Virus record (IMG/VR): IMGVR_UViG_3300049846_001482
Reading direction: 5' to 3' (one strand)
Source of the DNA: an uncultured virus (IMG/VR IMGVR_UViG_3300049846_001482)
Lineage: Duplodnaviria; Heunggongvirae; Uroviricota; Caudoviricetes
DNA: 64,000 nt
The translations under genes and the position numbers were made by a program. Position 1 is the stretch's first letter; each line of letters opens with the position of its first letter. Positions 28,881 through 37,442 of the stretch are shown here, one piece after another. Below the pieces are notes generated by a model, which ran no database searches, was not told the origin of the DNA, and saw only the letters and a program-made list of their open reading frames with translations.

Positions 28881-29438
28881 TTACTTCTCTGCAGCCTTCT
28901 TTGCCTCACGCTCATTGAGATACTTGAGAGCCTTCACATACCAGATGTTCTGGATGTCTTCGTCTGTGATCTGACGAAGTTGGGTCTCATCCTTGATTGG
29001 ACCCCACCAAGACTCTGCTCCCATGATGACCTTGTTCAGATCTGGGACGAAGATGGCTGGGTTGGAGCTAAGGGTAAGCATCAAGATCTGCTTTTTAGGA
29101 TCGTAGGCCCTAACACCACTCAGAGGGATATCACCGATGTAGATGCCCAAGAACGTCTTGCCCTTGTATTCATCGCCCACGGGCCTAATCATCACGTATC
29201 CGCCGACCATCTCTTGATCTTTTGGTGTTCTGGTGGTGCATCCCATCCGACCCTGAAACCTCAGTTCCTTGACCTTGATGGGATACTTGATGTTCTCTTC
29301 GTATTGGTAATGCTCAGTCTCTTTCATGGCCTTAGCCAAGGCTCCGATCATTGAAGCAAGAGCATTTGTTCCCTCATCTTGCTTCTTCGTGGACTTCTTT
29401 GGCTTTACTTCCTTCTTGCTTACCGGCTTCTTAGCCAT
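28881..29438 (-). CDS. hypothetical phage protein (start MAKKP)
   Basis: ORF between two tRNAs; KTFLGIY..NPAIFVP..GAESWW. Confidence 0.75.
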   Translation of the reverse strand: MAKKPVSKKEVKPKKSTKKQDEGTNALASMIGALAKAMKETEHYQYEENIKYPIKVKELRFQGRMGCTTRTPKDQEMVGGYVMIRPVGDEYKGKTFLGIYIGDIPLSGVRAYDPKKQILMLTLSSNPAIFVPDLNKVIMGAESWWGPIKDETQLRQITDEDIQNIWYVKALKYLNEREAKKAAEK

Positions 29439-29458
29439 GTTAGACCTGAGAGAGAGTT

Positions 29459-29534
29459 TGGAGCCGTCAGTCGGGATTGAACCGACGACCTCCGAATTAC
29501 GAATTCGGCGCTCTACCAACTGAGCTATGACGGC
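29459..29534 (-). tRNA. tRNA-Thr(CGT)
   Basis: Cloverleaf; CCGAA-TTCGTAA-TTCGG; CCA. Confidence 0.95.
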
Positions 29535-29730
29535 GAACTGCTTAGTTCTCTTTATTTATCTCAAACTCAAGGATAAACCAGTCATTGTTAGCTGGATAAC
29601 CCCTTTTTCTGTTGATATATTCGCCTGCCTTTTCCTTGCTATCAAAAACACCCATGACCTCCGTTTTTTCTTCGTCACCACTAAGCGACCAATAAGTTAC
29701 TACGAAGACAGTCATGGTTGTCTCTTAAAT

Positions 29731-29805
29731 TGGAGCGGGCAGTGGGTTTCGAACCCACGACCTTCACTTTGGCAAAGTGACGCTCTACCCCTGAGCTATG
29801 CCCGC
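29731..29805 (-). tRNA. tRNA-Gly(GCC)
   Basis: Cloverleaf; TCACT-TTGCCAA-AGTGA; U73, CCA. Confidence 0.95.
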
Positions 29806-29806
29806 A

Positions 29807-30190
29807 TTATCTCTTTCTTAACTTCCTGCCATTGCCCCTATTGAGATTGCCATAGGTAGGTGTCAGGGAGTGGCAGTTAGGACACAAGAGAATCAAATTA
29901 CTCTCACGATGATCTCTTGAGTTTCCATTCTGGTGTTCTGCTTGCAGTGGTATCTTTCCTGTCACTGGATTCTTGTGGTTCCAACCACATCTTGAACACT
30001 TGTTTTCGAACTTTTCAAACAAGTATCTCCTTACGTGGTTGGAAACCACTCCAGTCTTGGATCCGCCACTTACAAGTCCAGATTTCCATCTCTTAATGTA
30101 GTTCTTGTAGGACAGTTCATTTTGACATGCATTGTCGCAGAACTTCTTTATTTTGGACTTGATATCTTTATTGCAGTTCAGACATTGCAT
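29807..30190 (-). CDS. free-standing HNH endonuclease between the two tRNA-Gly genes
   Basis: CLNC..KFCDNAC; CSRCG..EHQNGN..N..LLCPNCHS. Confidence 0.88.
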   Translation of the reverse strand: MQCLNCNKDIKSKIKKFCDNACQNELSYKNYIKRWKSGLVSGGSKTGVVSNHVRRYLFEKFENKCSRCGWNHKNPVTGKIPLQAEHQNGNSRDHRESNLILLCPNCHSLTPTYGNLNRGNGRKLRKR

Positions 30191-30215
30191 GTTGCATTGA
30201 ACCACCCTGTTAAAT

Positions 30216-30289
30216 TGGAGCGGGATAAGGGAATCGAACCCTCGCATCCTCCTTGGAAGGGAGGCAGGCTACCATTACATCAATCCCGC
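30216..30289 (-). tRNA. tRNA-Gly(TCC)
   Basis: Cloverleaf; anticodon loop CTTCCAA; U73, CCA. Confidence 0.93.
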
Positions 30290-30363
30290 ATATCTGCTGG
30301 ATCTTCCCTCTCGCCACACCAGCCGTGGCGCTCATCAGCTTGCTGGGGCTGAACCCCAGGGCC

Positions 30364-30675
30364 TCACAAGGCTTTCTGAATTAGATCCTGAATGGCTGGC
30401 TTGGGTCTAAAGCCCACAAAGCTTCCAACCACGTTTCCGCCCTTGAATATCACGAAGGCGGGGATGGAACTGACACCGTACTTCGATGACAACTCCATGT
30501 TCTCATCGACATTGAGTTTGGCGAACTTCACATCTTCCATTTCTTTCTCTAGCTCGCTGAACACGGGTCCAACCATTCTGCAAGGACCACACCATTCAGC
30601 CCAAAAGTCTACTACAACTGGCTTTTCCGAGTCAAGAACCTCTTGCGTGAAATTCTCACTTGTCAAGTTGAGCAT
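30364..30675 (-). CDS. trxA: thioredoxin
   Basis: [22 protein letters not shown]. Confidence 0.97.
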   Translation of the reverse strand: MLNLTSENFTQEVLDSEKPVVVDFWAEWCGPCRMVGPVFSELEKEMEDVKFAKLNVDENMELSSKYGVSSIPAFVIFKGGNVVGSFVGFRPKPAIQDLIQKAL

Positions 30676-31132
30676 TGATTCTCCTTTTGACCATCACTTC
30701 GACTTCTTGCCAGAGCTTTGCCTTCTTATCGTAGACCCAAAAAGACATCTTCACGCTCTTCTTTCTCTTGCCAGTGACTCCGACGATCATCTGATGTCTG
30801 AATCTTCGATAGACCTTTCCGATGTAGGAGTCTTTCTCGCTTAGAGCCGTGAAGCCTGTTGATGGGTGGCTATGATACATTCCATAGACAAACCCCTTCT
30901 TCTCGTTCTTTCTAGTCAACTCCTTGATCTTCCTGACGTACTTCTTGGAAATGTCGCCAGAATCAAGAGGCTGTCTAGAGATGTTCTTACAAGGAACTAC
31001 TTCAGTGATGCGAAGGTTTCCCACACCCTCAGGGATGGCTTCAAAGTAGCCTATACACTCTTGAGGGTATTCCGCTACTGCATGTCTCTTTAAGAGATCA
31101 TAGAGCAGATTTTCTATGTACAGGAAATCCAT
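30656..31132 (-). CDS. JAB/MPN (Mov34) domain protein
   Basis: [21 protein letters not shown] motif. Confidence 0.85.
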   Translation of the reverse strand: MDFLYIENLLYDLLKRHAVAEYPQECIGYFEAIPEGVGNLRITEVVPCKNISRQPLDSGDISKKYVRKIKELTRKNEKKGFVYGMYHSHPSTGFTALSEKDSYIGKVYRRFRHQMIVGVTGKRKKSVKMSFWVYDKKAKLWQEVEVMVKRRINAQLDK

Positions 31133-31156
31133 TCGCCATCTGGTTCCTTGTTAAAT

Positions 31157-31231
31157 TGGCTCCGACCTCTGGACTCGAACCAGAAACCACTCGATTAACA
31201 GTCGAGCGCTCTACCATTGAGCTAGGTCGGA
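31157..31231 (-). tRNA. tRNA-Asn(GTT)
   Basis: Cloverleaf; CTCGA-CTGTTAA-TCGAG; G73, CCA. Confidence 0.95.
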
Positions 31232-31237
31232 ATGAAG

Positions 31238-31423
31238 TTACTTCTTCTTTCTTCTTTCTTTTCTTACTGTTATCTCAACTAGCCAGTCGTAACACTTGAC
31301 GCAGAGGTGGTATTTTTGAACCACGTCCACCCCATTGTCATCAACTTGTGGCGGCGACAATATGATAGCGCCTTTTTCTTTCAGTTCTTCAAGGCACCTG
31401 TCGCATGCTACTTTTAAAGCCAC
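31238..31423 (-). CDS. small Cys-rich protein
   Basis: CDRC..HLCVKC. Confidence 0.6.
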   Translation of the reverse strand: MALKVACDRCLEELKEKGAIILSPPQVDDNGVDVVQKYHLCVKCYDWLVEITVRKERRKKK

Positions 31424-31848
31424 TATTTACTCCAGGGCGTGGATTTGTCTTCTATCTTAACAAAAACCTCGTCCTTGTCAAGCGCTAAAGGTATCAACCA
31501 GAAAAGATTTGGAATGATGTTATGCTCCCACGCCATAATATCATCCACATTGTACCAACCAACTTTTTCGATTGTCAAAGACCTAATAGTGATACTTTCA
31601 CTTTTGGCGACGAAGAAGTGAACTTCGTTTCCTGAGTGGTTCATGTAGGCAAACTCTCTCCATGAATCCACTTGGCCGCCGGTTTCTTCAAGGAACTCTC
31701 TCTTCATGGCTTCGGCTGGGGTCTCGCCCTCTTCTATCTTGCCGCCGACTCCATTGAGGAATCCCTTTTGCCATTCTGGTTTCTGCTTTTCAATCAAAGC
31801 CACCGTTCCACGCTTTGGATTGTAGAGAAACCCTACTACGTATCTCAC
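31423..31848 (-). CDS. NUDIX hydrolase
   Basis: GGKIEEGETPAEAMKREFLEETG Nudix box. Confidence 0.93.
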   Translation of the reverse strand: MRYVVGFLYNPKRGTVALIEKQKPEWQKGFLNGVGGKIEEGETPAEAMKREFLEETGGQVDSWREFAYMNHSGNEVHFFVAKSESITIRSLTIEKVGWYNVDDIMAWEHNIIPNLFWLIPLALDKDEVFVKIEDKSTPWSK

Positions 31849-32285
31849 AGAGCCTTCCCGCCGTGACGATGTGGCCTTGTGGCATTGTAGTTCATCTTTA
31901 ACTTGACCACTGCTTCCAGATCCCAGCCTCGCATTGCGAAGTAATCACCGATTCTGATCACTGCATCTGCAAGTTCAACAGCCTCGCCTTCGGGTTTGGC
32001 AATTCCCAAGGACTCATCCCAGTAAGCCTGCTCTTTCATTTCCTTACCGTCAGGGCTACTTAGGTTGCCACGGTTAAGCCTGTTGATGCTTCCGTCTGGC
32101 TCTACTTCGTTGCCTTCCCAAACCACATAGGTTGAGGGCTTTTTGTTTCTCACTTCCTCTGAGGCCTCGGCTATCTCCGTGACCATCAGCATATGAAACT
32201 CTAGCGGTTGTCTTTCTCTTCCCTCATACCACCCCTTGTCTTTGGACATTTGGTGGGCTTGCGAAGCCATTTCATTCAGTGTCAT
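31845..32285 (-). CDS. MazG-like NTP pyrophosphohydrolase
   Basis: LMVTEIAEASEE..ELADAVIRI.D..KMNYN.TRP.RHG. Confidence 0.85.
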   Translation of the reverse strand: MTLNEMASQAHQMSKDKGWYEGRERQPLEFHMLMVTEIAEASEEVRNKKPSTYVVWEGNEVEPDGSINRLNRGNLSSPDGKEMKEQAYWDESLGIAKPEGEAVELADAVIRIGDYFAMRGWDLEAVVKLKMNYNATRPHRHGGKAL

Positions 32286-32336
32286 TTTCTTCTCCTAGTA
32301 GGTGATCTGAGTTTAGCACCATCTAGGATGTATTTC

Positions 32337-32370
32337 AAAAACAAAAACCCTTCGGGGTTTCCGAAGGGTC
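32337..32370 (-). terminator. intrinsic terminator of the leader (attenuator)
   Basis: GACCCTTCGG-AAACC-CCGAAGGGT followed by TTTTGTTTTT. Confidence 0.85.
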
Positions 32371-32396
32371 AGAGGCGGCTGGATTCTTGCTTCTCT

Positions 32397-32483
32397 TTAC
32401 CCTTCGGACAAAACGGTATTAACCCCATTACCTGTGGTAGTGGTGTTGACCGTTCCCGTGTTGAGGGCGAAGATGAAAAGCAT
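32397..32483 (-). CDS. leader peptide MLFIFALNTGTVNTTTTGNGVNTVLSEG (putative tRNA-sensing attenuator)
   Basis: GGAG SD 6 nt before ATG; 17 consecutive N/T/G/V codons; stop overlaps a copy of the terminator 3' arm. Confidence 0.8.
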   Translation of the reverse strand: MLFIFALNTGTVNTTTTGNGVNTVLSEG

Positions 32484-32508
32484 TTTTAGCTCCATACGTT
32501 ACTAGTTT

Positions 32509-32536
32509 TTTATAAAAGATGACAGGATTCTAGCAA
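32509..32536 (-). promoter_or_regulatory. putative promoter of the leader/tRNA operon
   Basis: TTGCTA-N16-TATAAA; CATCTTTTATA also occurs upstream of the tmRNA. Confidence 0.4.
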
Positions 32537-32919
32537 TTCCTGATCACCACTTAAAACTGTCAAAACACTCTATTTTTACCACTTTCTTCATGAAGTTATG
32601 ATACTCAAAGTTCTTGATCGTTCCAGATATCAAAACTTTGGCGGTCTTGGTCCCATCGATCATCTGGTCTCCCAGATATTGAACCAACTTGACTTCATGG
32701 TTTTTATTGACAGCCCGAATGGCGATGTTTTTGCAGCCATTCAATTGCAGGTTCTCTATAACCCCTTCATACCCCAACTCTTTCTGGGTGTCAAGCTCTT
32801 TTTCCAACTTTTCTACTAGCGCTCCGCAGGTCTCTTGGGTTCCAACGAATTTTCCTCGTTGATAGCCTATGAAGTAGAAGTTGACCGCTACTCCAACGAC
32901 CAGAACGGCAGCGATGACT

Positions 32920-33258
32920 TTATTCATTGGGAACATCCCCGTAACTCTTGATGACCCTACCTTGTTGGTCGTATTCAACAATGTAGATCATCTGCCCTTC
33001 CTTCCACATGCTTTTTCCAGACAACTTGCCGTCTTGATAGTATTCTAGCAGCTCACCATCAATTCGTCCATCTTTGTATGAGCCTTTTTTCTTTACCTTC
33101 TGTCCTGGCTCATTGTAGTACTCAATGTATTCGCCTTGCAGCTTAGTCCTATTTTTTCTGTCTGGACCTGTGTGGCAAATGGTTCTCAAAAAACCATCTG
33201 CATAAGCATCGTCTCCACCCAACTGACGATAGTGGGTTTCGGTTCGTTTCAGTTCCAT
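32920..33258 (-). CDS. MORN-variant/YwqK-like repeat protein
   Basis: G.Y.EYY..G..K.KG.YKDG..DG...EYY..GK repeats. Confidence 0.75.
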   Translation of the reverse strand: MELKRTETHYRQLGGDDAYADGFLRTICHTGPDRKNRTKLQGEYIEYYNEPGQKVKKKGSYKDGRIDGELLEYYQDGKLSGKSMWKEGQMIYIVEYDQQGRVIKSYGDVPNE

Positions 33259-34514
33259 TAGTCCCTCACAAGTTCACCAGAGGCGTGATCTGCATACTTG
33301 GCGTAAGCATCCACCGAGACAGTCTCAGCCTCAGGGTAAACAAAGGCAGTCAACTTGCCGCCAAAGCAGCAAGCGGTATCAACGTTAGCGGTCTTGTTGA
33401 TGATGTAGGGCTTGCCGTTGGTCTGGGCTGCGTGACCATAGACAATCCACGGGCTGTTCTCATTCACAACCCTCTCGGCCGCCCAATCCAGACGCTCAGG
33501 AAAACCATTCTCATCCTTGTTGCCAGTGATCTTGCCGAAAAGGCAGAAGGTTCGAATAGCGCCCTTGTCATCCTTGCCGATCATGCTGTCCTCGATACCA
33601 GCGTGAGCAACAACGAGCTTGCCACCGTCAAGAACAAGGTAGAGAGGAAGGCTGCTGATGAAATTCAAGAGCTTAGCCTTAAACTCCTTAGCATCCTCAC
33701 GAGCCTCTATCTGGTTGACGGTCTCAGCAATGCCATGACCCAACTTGATGTTGTTGCCCATCAGATAACGGCGCAGCTTGTCGTCATGGTTGCCTCGGAC
33801 AGCCAAAGCAAGACCCTGCTCAACCAGATTCATGATGTATTCAAGAGTACCGGCGTTGCTCGGACCCCTGTCGGCAAAATCGCCAACGAAGACGATCTTG
33901 CGACCATCCAAGAGACCCTTTATACGCAAGTCCTCTATCAGAGCAATGAGCTCTGGCAGGCAACCGTGGGTGTCACCTATGATGACAGCCTTATCGACTA
34001 TCTCTACACTGTTCACTACGCTCGTATCCTGAAAAACAAAAGGCTCATTGACGGAAGAAGCATGGATGATTTCGTTGATGTCGTCCTCAGCCAAATGCTT
34101 CAAGCCATCGAAGAAGGTCTCCACAGACTTCTTCACGATGTCTGCAGGAACAACCCTCTTACGTCCAGCATTTTGAGCCTGACACACGTTGTTGTCAACA
34201 TGATCAAAGACAATGGCTATCTTTTTGTAGCCATACTTGTCAGCCAACTTGAACCAATCCCTACGAGAGCGGGCATTGTGGTTCAGGTTGTCTATCACAA
34301 CAGGGAAACCATGCCTCATCTTGACATCAACGAGGGTATAGAGGATGTCAAAGGCTTCCCTAGACACATTCTGGTTGCCAGCATCACCAGAGATCATCTC
34401 CCTGATGGTGTCGGCAGAGACAATGTGCGCACCAAACCACTTGGAAGCAAACGTAGACTTACCGCTTCCAATGGGTCCACAGAGAAGGACGAGGGTGCGC
34501 TGTTCCAATTTCAT
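33258..34514 (-). CDS. polynucleotide kinase-phosphatase (P-loop kinase + calcineurin-like phosphoesterase)
   Basis: GPIGSGKSTF, SAD.IR; IGDTHGC, VGDFADRGP, RGNHD, VAHAG, VYGH, DTACCFGGKLTA; lacks the C-terminal ligase domain of bacterial Pnkp. Confidence 0.9.
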   Translation of the reverse strand: MKLEQRTLVLLCGPIGSGKSTFASKWFGAHIVSADTIREMISGDAGNQNVSREAFDILYTLVDVKMRHGFPVVIDNLNHNARSRRDWFKLADKYGYKKIAIVFDHVDNNVCQAQNAGRKRVVPADIVKKSVETFFDGLKHLAEDDINEIIHASSVNEPFVFQDTSVVNSVEIVDKAVIIGDTHGCLPELIALIEDLRIKGLLDGRKIVFVGDFADRGPSNAGTLEYIMNLVEQGLALAVRGNHDDKLRRYLMGNNIKLGHGIAETVNQIEAREDAKEFKAKLLNFISSLPLYLVLDGGKLVVAHAGIEDSMIGKDDKGAIRTFCLFGKITGNKDENGFPERLDWAAERVVNENSPWIVYGHAAQTNGKPYIINKTANVDTACCFGGKLTAFVYPEAETVSVDAYAKYADHASGELVRD

Positions 34515-35101
34515 TTTGTTGATCCTACAAAGTTCGTTTGGATAAGGCTTTCAGTTGACTGGAAGTATTTGTCGGTCATCGTGCGATTGACTATCTCGGC
34601 CCGATTCAAGTAATCGACATCACCAGTCTTGTTGTACTGCTTATGATAGGCTGCTATCATGGACTTCTTTGAAGTCTCCGACTCGCCCAACTTAAACGAA
34701 GCCTTGGCATATTTCATAGCAAGTTCCGTGTTAGTTGTCAAGCGAATTAAACCAGAATAAGCCTCTTGCCTCATGAAGATGGCTAGATTCTTATCGGTTG
34801 CAGCCTTTAGATAACATTGCTGTGCCAATGTCTCGTCCTTGAACAGGGCCACCTCTTCGTATATCTTGCCCAAGTAGTAATAGGCACCAGGGTAGTTGCT
34901 GTTCCTGTTGACGATAGCGGTAAAGAAATCCAAAGCCTGCCCGTAGTTGGCGTAATTGTACTCTTCTACACCAAACTCATAGACTATCTTAACGGTCTCT
35001 TCTTGGATGTCTTTGGAGAAGTTTATACCAGACTTGTTGATCGGTGGCTTTGCAAATGCCATAGATGACAAGAGCAATATCGCCAGCAGAATTCTTAACA
35101 T
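34511..35101 (-). CDS. exported TPR/SEL1-like protein
   Basis: Signal peptide; AYYYLGKIY..A...Y.KAA. Confidence 0.65.
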   Translation of the reverse strand: MLRILLAILLLSSMAFAKPPINKSGINFSKDIQEETVKIVYEFGVEEYNYANYGQALDFFTAIVNRNSNYPGAYYYLGKIYEEVALFKDETLAQQCYLKAATDKNLAIFMRQEAYSGLIRLTTNTELAMKYAKASFKLGESETSKKSMIAAYHKQYNKTGDVDYLNRAEIVNRTMTDKYFQSTESLIQTNFVGSTK

Positions 35102-35181
35102 GATATCTCCCAAGAGGGTTAAAACAGGATGAGCCACCTTGTTGCTGGTGGCTCACCTGTCAGACAAATCTTTCTACTACA

Positions 35182-35577
35182 TTAGTCCAGATCAGGTTCG
35201 TCGGTGCTTGGCCTCTTCACTGCCTTGCCGCCTTGAATGACGACATCGTAGCGAACAGGCTTGTCATCAGAATCCTTTGGAGCCTGAATGACAACGCCAC
35301 CATCTTTTGTTCTGCGAGCTGAGTTAGCCTTCGCAGGAGCCTGCTCAACTTCCTGCTTTGTTACAGGAGCCTGAGGAGTTCCCAAAGTCTCAATCTTTGG
35401 CTCAAAGGCCTCAGGTGCAGCAGCCCTGGGTCTCACAGTCTTTGGCTTTGCAGCCTTAGGCTTCTCTGCCTTTACAGCCTTCTTAGGGGCCTTAGCGGCA
35501 GGCTTTGTTGCCTTGACAATTGGCTTGCCAGCGGCATCAACCTTTGGTTTGTTCTTGCTTCCTTTACGTCTGCCCAT
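35182..35577 (-). CDS. Lys/Ala/Pro-rich DNA-binding-like protein
   Basis: GRRKGSKNKPK AT-hook-like start; PAAKAPKK repeats. Confidence 0.65.
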   Translation of the reverse strand: MGRRKGSKNKPKVDAAGKPIVKATKPAAKAPKKAVKAEKPKAAKPKTVRPRAAAPEAFEPKIETLGTPQAPVTKQEVEQAPAKANSARRTKDGGVVIQAPKDSDDKPVRYDVVIQGGKAVKRPSTDEPDLD

Positions 35578-35746
35578 CTTCCTCTCCTTCTGTGTTTTCG
35601 ATATCATCTGATTCTTCAGACTCTTCATCGAAGTTTTCAAGATCTTCTTCGTCAGGTTCTTTCTTGTACTGGTAATTTCTCCAGTTCCAATCCTCATCTT
35701 CCTCGTGAGGTTTGATCCGTGGCTTTCTCTTACCCTCTTCCAAGGT

Positions 35747-36628
35747 TTATGCCTCCATTATAGCATTCTTTTTGGCTGTAACCAAGTATTTGTTGAATTG
35801 TTCAATTGACAATGTAAAGCCAGCAGCTTGAGGATGTCCGCCACCATTGTATTTCTTGGCAAACGTATTCGATCCATCGCCTCTCACTGAAAACCTCACA
35901 TAGTTTTTCTCTGGAACAAAGTTATACACAACGCCTATTCCACTTGGGGACTTCTGTGCTAACTCATGTCCAACTTCTGATTGATAAAGTGATGCATTGA
36001 CGGCTGCAACCGAAACGCCATCGAAGTCCATAATGCAAAAATGCTTGGCAGTGTGCTTGGAGTCCTTGAGAACTCTGTTGTAAACAACTGAACCTAAGTT
36101 AGATGCAGTGTCCTCATCGAACTTTTCCAGAAGACTGTTGAATTCGTCTATGGTTGCATCTGGATCAAGCAACGTTCTGATGTATTGAACTACAGCATAG
36201 TCTTTGGGACCACGCCATGTCCATAGGTCAGCCACAGCAATGTATTCCAACATCTTGGGTGGCGTCTTACCTGGAAAGAAGTGATTCCAAGCCACCATGC
36301 AGCCTGCGTTCTTCATGTCGAACTTACAGAACCGCATAAGCGATGTATTGTTCTTGGCGTCAAAATCAGTCATATCCAAGACATCGCTCTCGTGATGGTC
36401 CAGGATCAGACATTCCACAGATCGCCCTATGAGAGCTTCAAGGTCGGCAGGGCGTGGAGTAAAGTCGATGAAGTAAACGAAGTCGCCAGGATTAAGGCTG
36501 AGGAGTTCTCGCCACTCGTGCTGCCTCGATGAGAAGAACACTTCAATGTTCTTGTCGTACTGTCTAGCAACCCACGCTCCAGCGAGTCCATCATGACAAG
36601 CCTTATGCGATATTGCTATGGTTCTCAT
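35747..36628 (-). CDS. DHH/DHHA1 family phosphoesterase
   Basis: H..CHDG, IDF, ILDHH, D.W.W, FSVR..GGGHPQAAG. Confidence 0.9.
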   Translation of the reverse strand: MRTIAISHKACHDGLAGAWVARQYDKNIEVFFSSRQHEWRELLSLNPGDFVYFIDFTPRPADLEALIGRSVECLILDHHESDVLDMTDFDAKNNTSLMRFCKFDMKNAGCMVAWNHFFPGKTPPKMLEYIAVADLWTWRGPKDYAVVQYIRTLLDPDATIDEFNSLLEKFDEDTASNLGSVVYNRVLKDSKHTAKHFCIMDFDGVSVAAVNASLYQSEVGHELAQKSPSGIGVVYNFVPEKNYVRFSVRGDGSNTFAKKYNGGGHPQAAGFTLSIEQFNKYLVTAKKNAIMEA

Positions 36629-36975
36629 CTTCTGCCTCTAGTTCAACGAATCCGAAGGCACTAAGGATAAAGAATGCGACACTCGCCACGGTGCCACACA
36701 CTGCTGATAAGGTGTTTCCATTCTGAAAGGCTTGCATCGAGCCAACCAGCATGGATCCAACCAGCAATAAGCAGAACGATATCGAAATGTATTTTAGGAA
36801 GTTCATTTCTTAGTCTTCTTTGACCAACCTAGTTCTGATTCAAGGATAGCACCCTTCTGGATACCACTTGATTCAGCGTCAGCAGTGGCCCTCTTCAACG
36901 TTCTGCGGTAAACCAAGTAGCTCACCGCATAAGAGACCAAAGAACCGAGTAAGAAACCGATTAGAAAAGCCATTA

Positions 36976-37305
36976 CTACTCCTCGTCTTCATCGAGATCA
37001 TCTTCCGACTCGTCAATGTAGTCATCGTCGTCGTCTTCGGCCACATAACCGTTGGTGATGTCTTCGATAAAGTCATCTATATCTTCTTCATTATATTCTA
37101 TATCGACTTCATCTTCCTCTAATTCCGACAATATTTCGAAGTCCTGGCCGTCTTCAGTGATACTTTCAATAAAGTTATCCAAACGGAACTGGACATCGGG
37201 ATCTTCGTTCAGGTAAGCGGTTAAAACTTCCTCAAACTTATCTCTGGCTTCGGTTTTCTTGTAGTTCGTGGAGATGTAGTAGTTGCAAATACGAAAAACC
37301 GTCAT
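36976..37305 (-). CDS. acidic hypothetical protein
   Basis: GGAG SD; D/E-rich C-terminus. Confidence 0.7.
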   Translation of the reverse strand: MTVFRICNYYISTNYKKTEARDKFEEVLTAYLNEDPDVQFRLDNFIESITEDGQDFEILSELEEDEVDIEYNEEDIDDFIEDITNGYVAEDDDDDYIDESEDDLDEDEE

Positions 37306-37327
37306 CCGTTCTTCCTCCGTAAGTTAT

Positions 37328-37430
37328 ACTTTGAAATTTTTGCACGTACTTAAGGTCTTAAGTACTATGTGCACCCCACAATTTCTAAGCCCACAAGTAC
37401 TATTATAAGTACGTGCAAAAAATTTCAAGT
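37328..37430. repeat. imperfect ~25-bp inverted repeat with nested palindrome
   Basis: ACTTTGAAATTTTTGCACGTACTTA ... TAAGTACGTGCAAAAAATTTCAAGT; internal GTACTTAAG-GT-CTTAAGTAC. Confidence 0.85.
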
Positions 37431-37442
37431 AAAATCTTTGAA

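Noticed and set aside
26829..30247. ORF-track N-terminal extensions running through tRNA genes (starts 27182, 28553, 28848, 29519, 30247; also 2532 and 4370)
   Set aside because: They translate tRNA/tmRNA sequence; better starts exist downstream.
30300..30370. Hammerhead ribozyme suggested by CTGATGA
   Set aside because: No GAAA after stem II and no stem III/NUH site; kept only as an unclassified structure.
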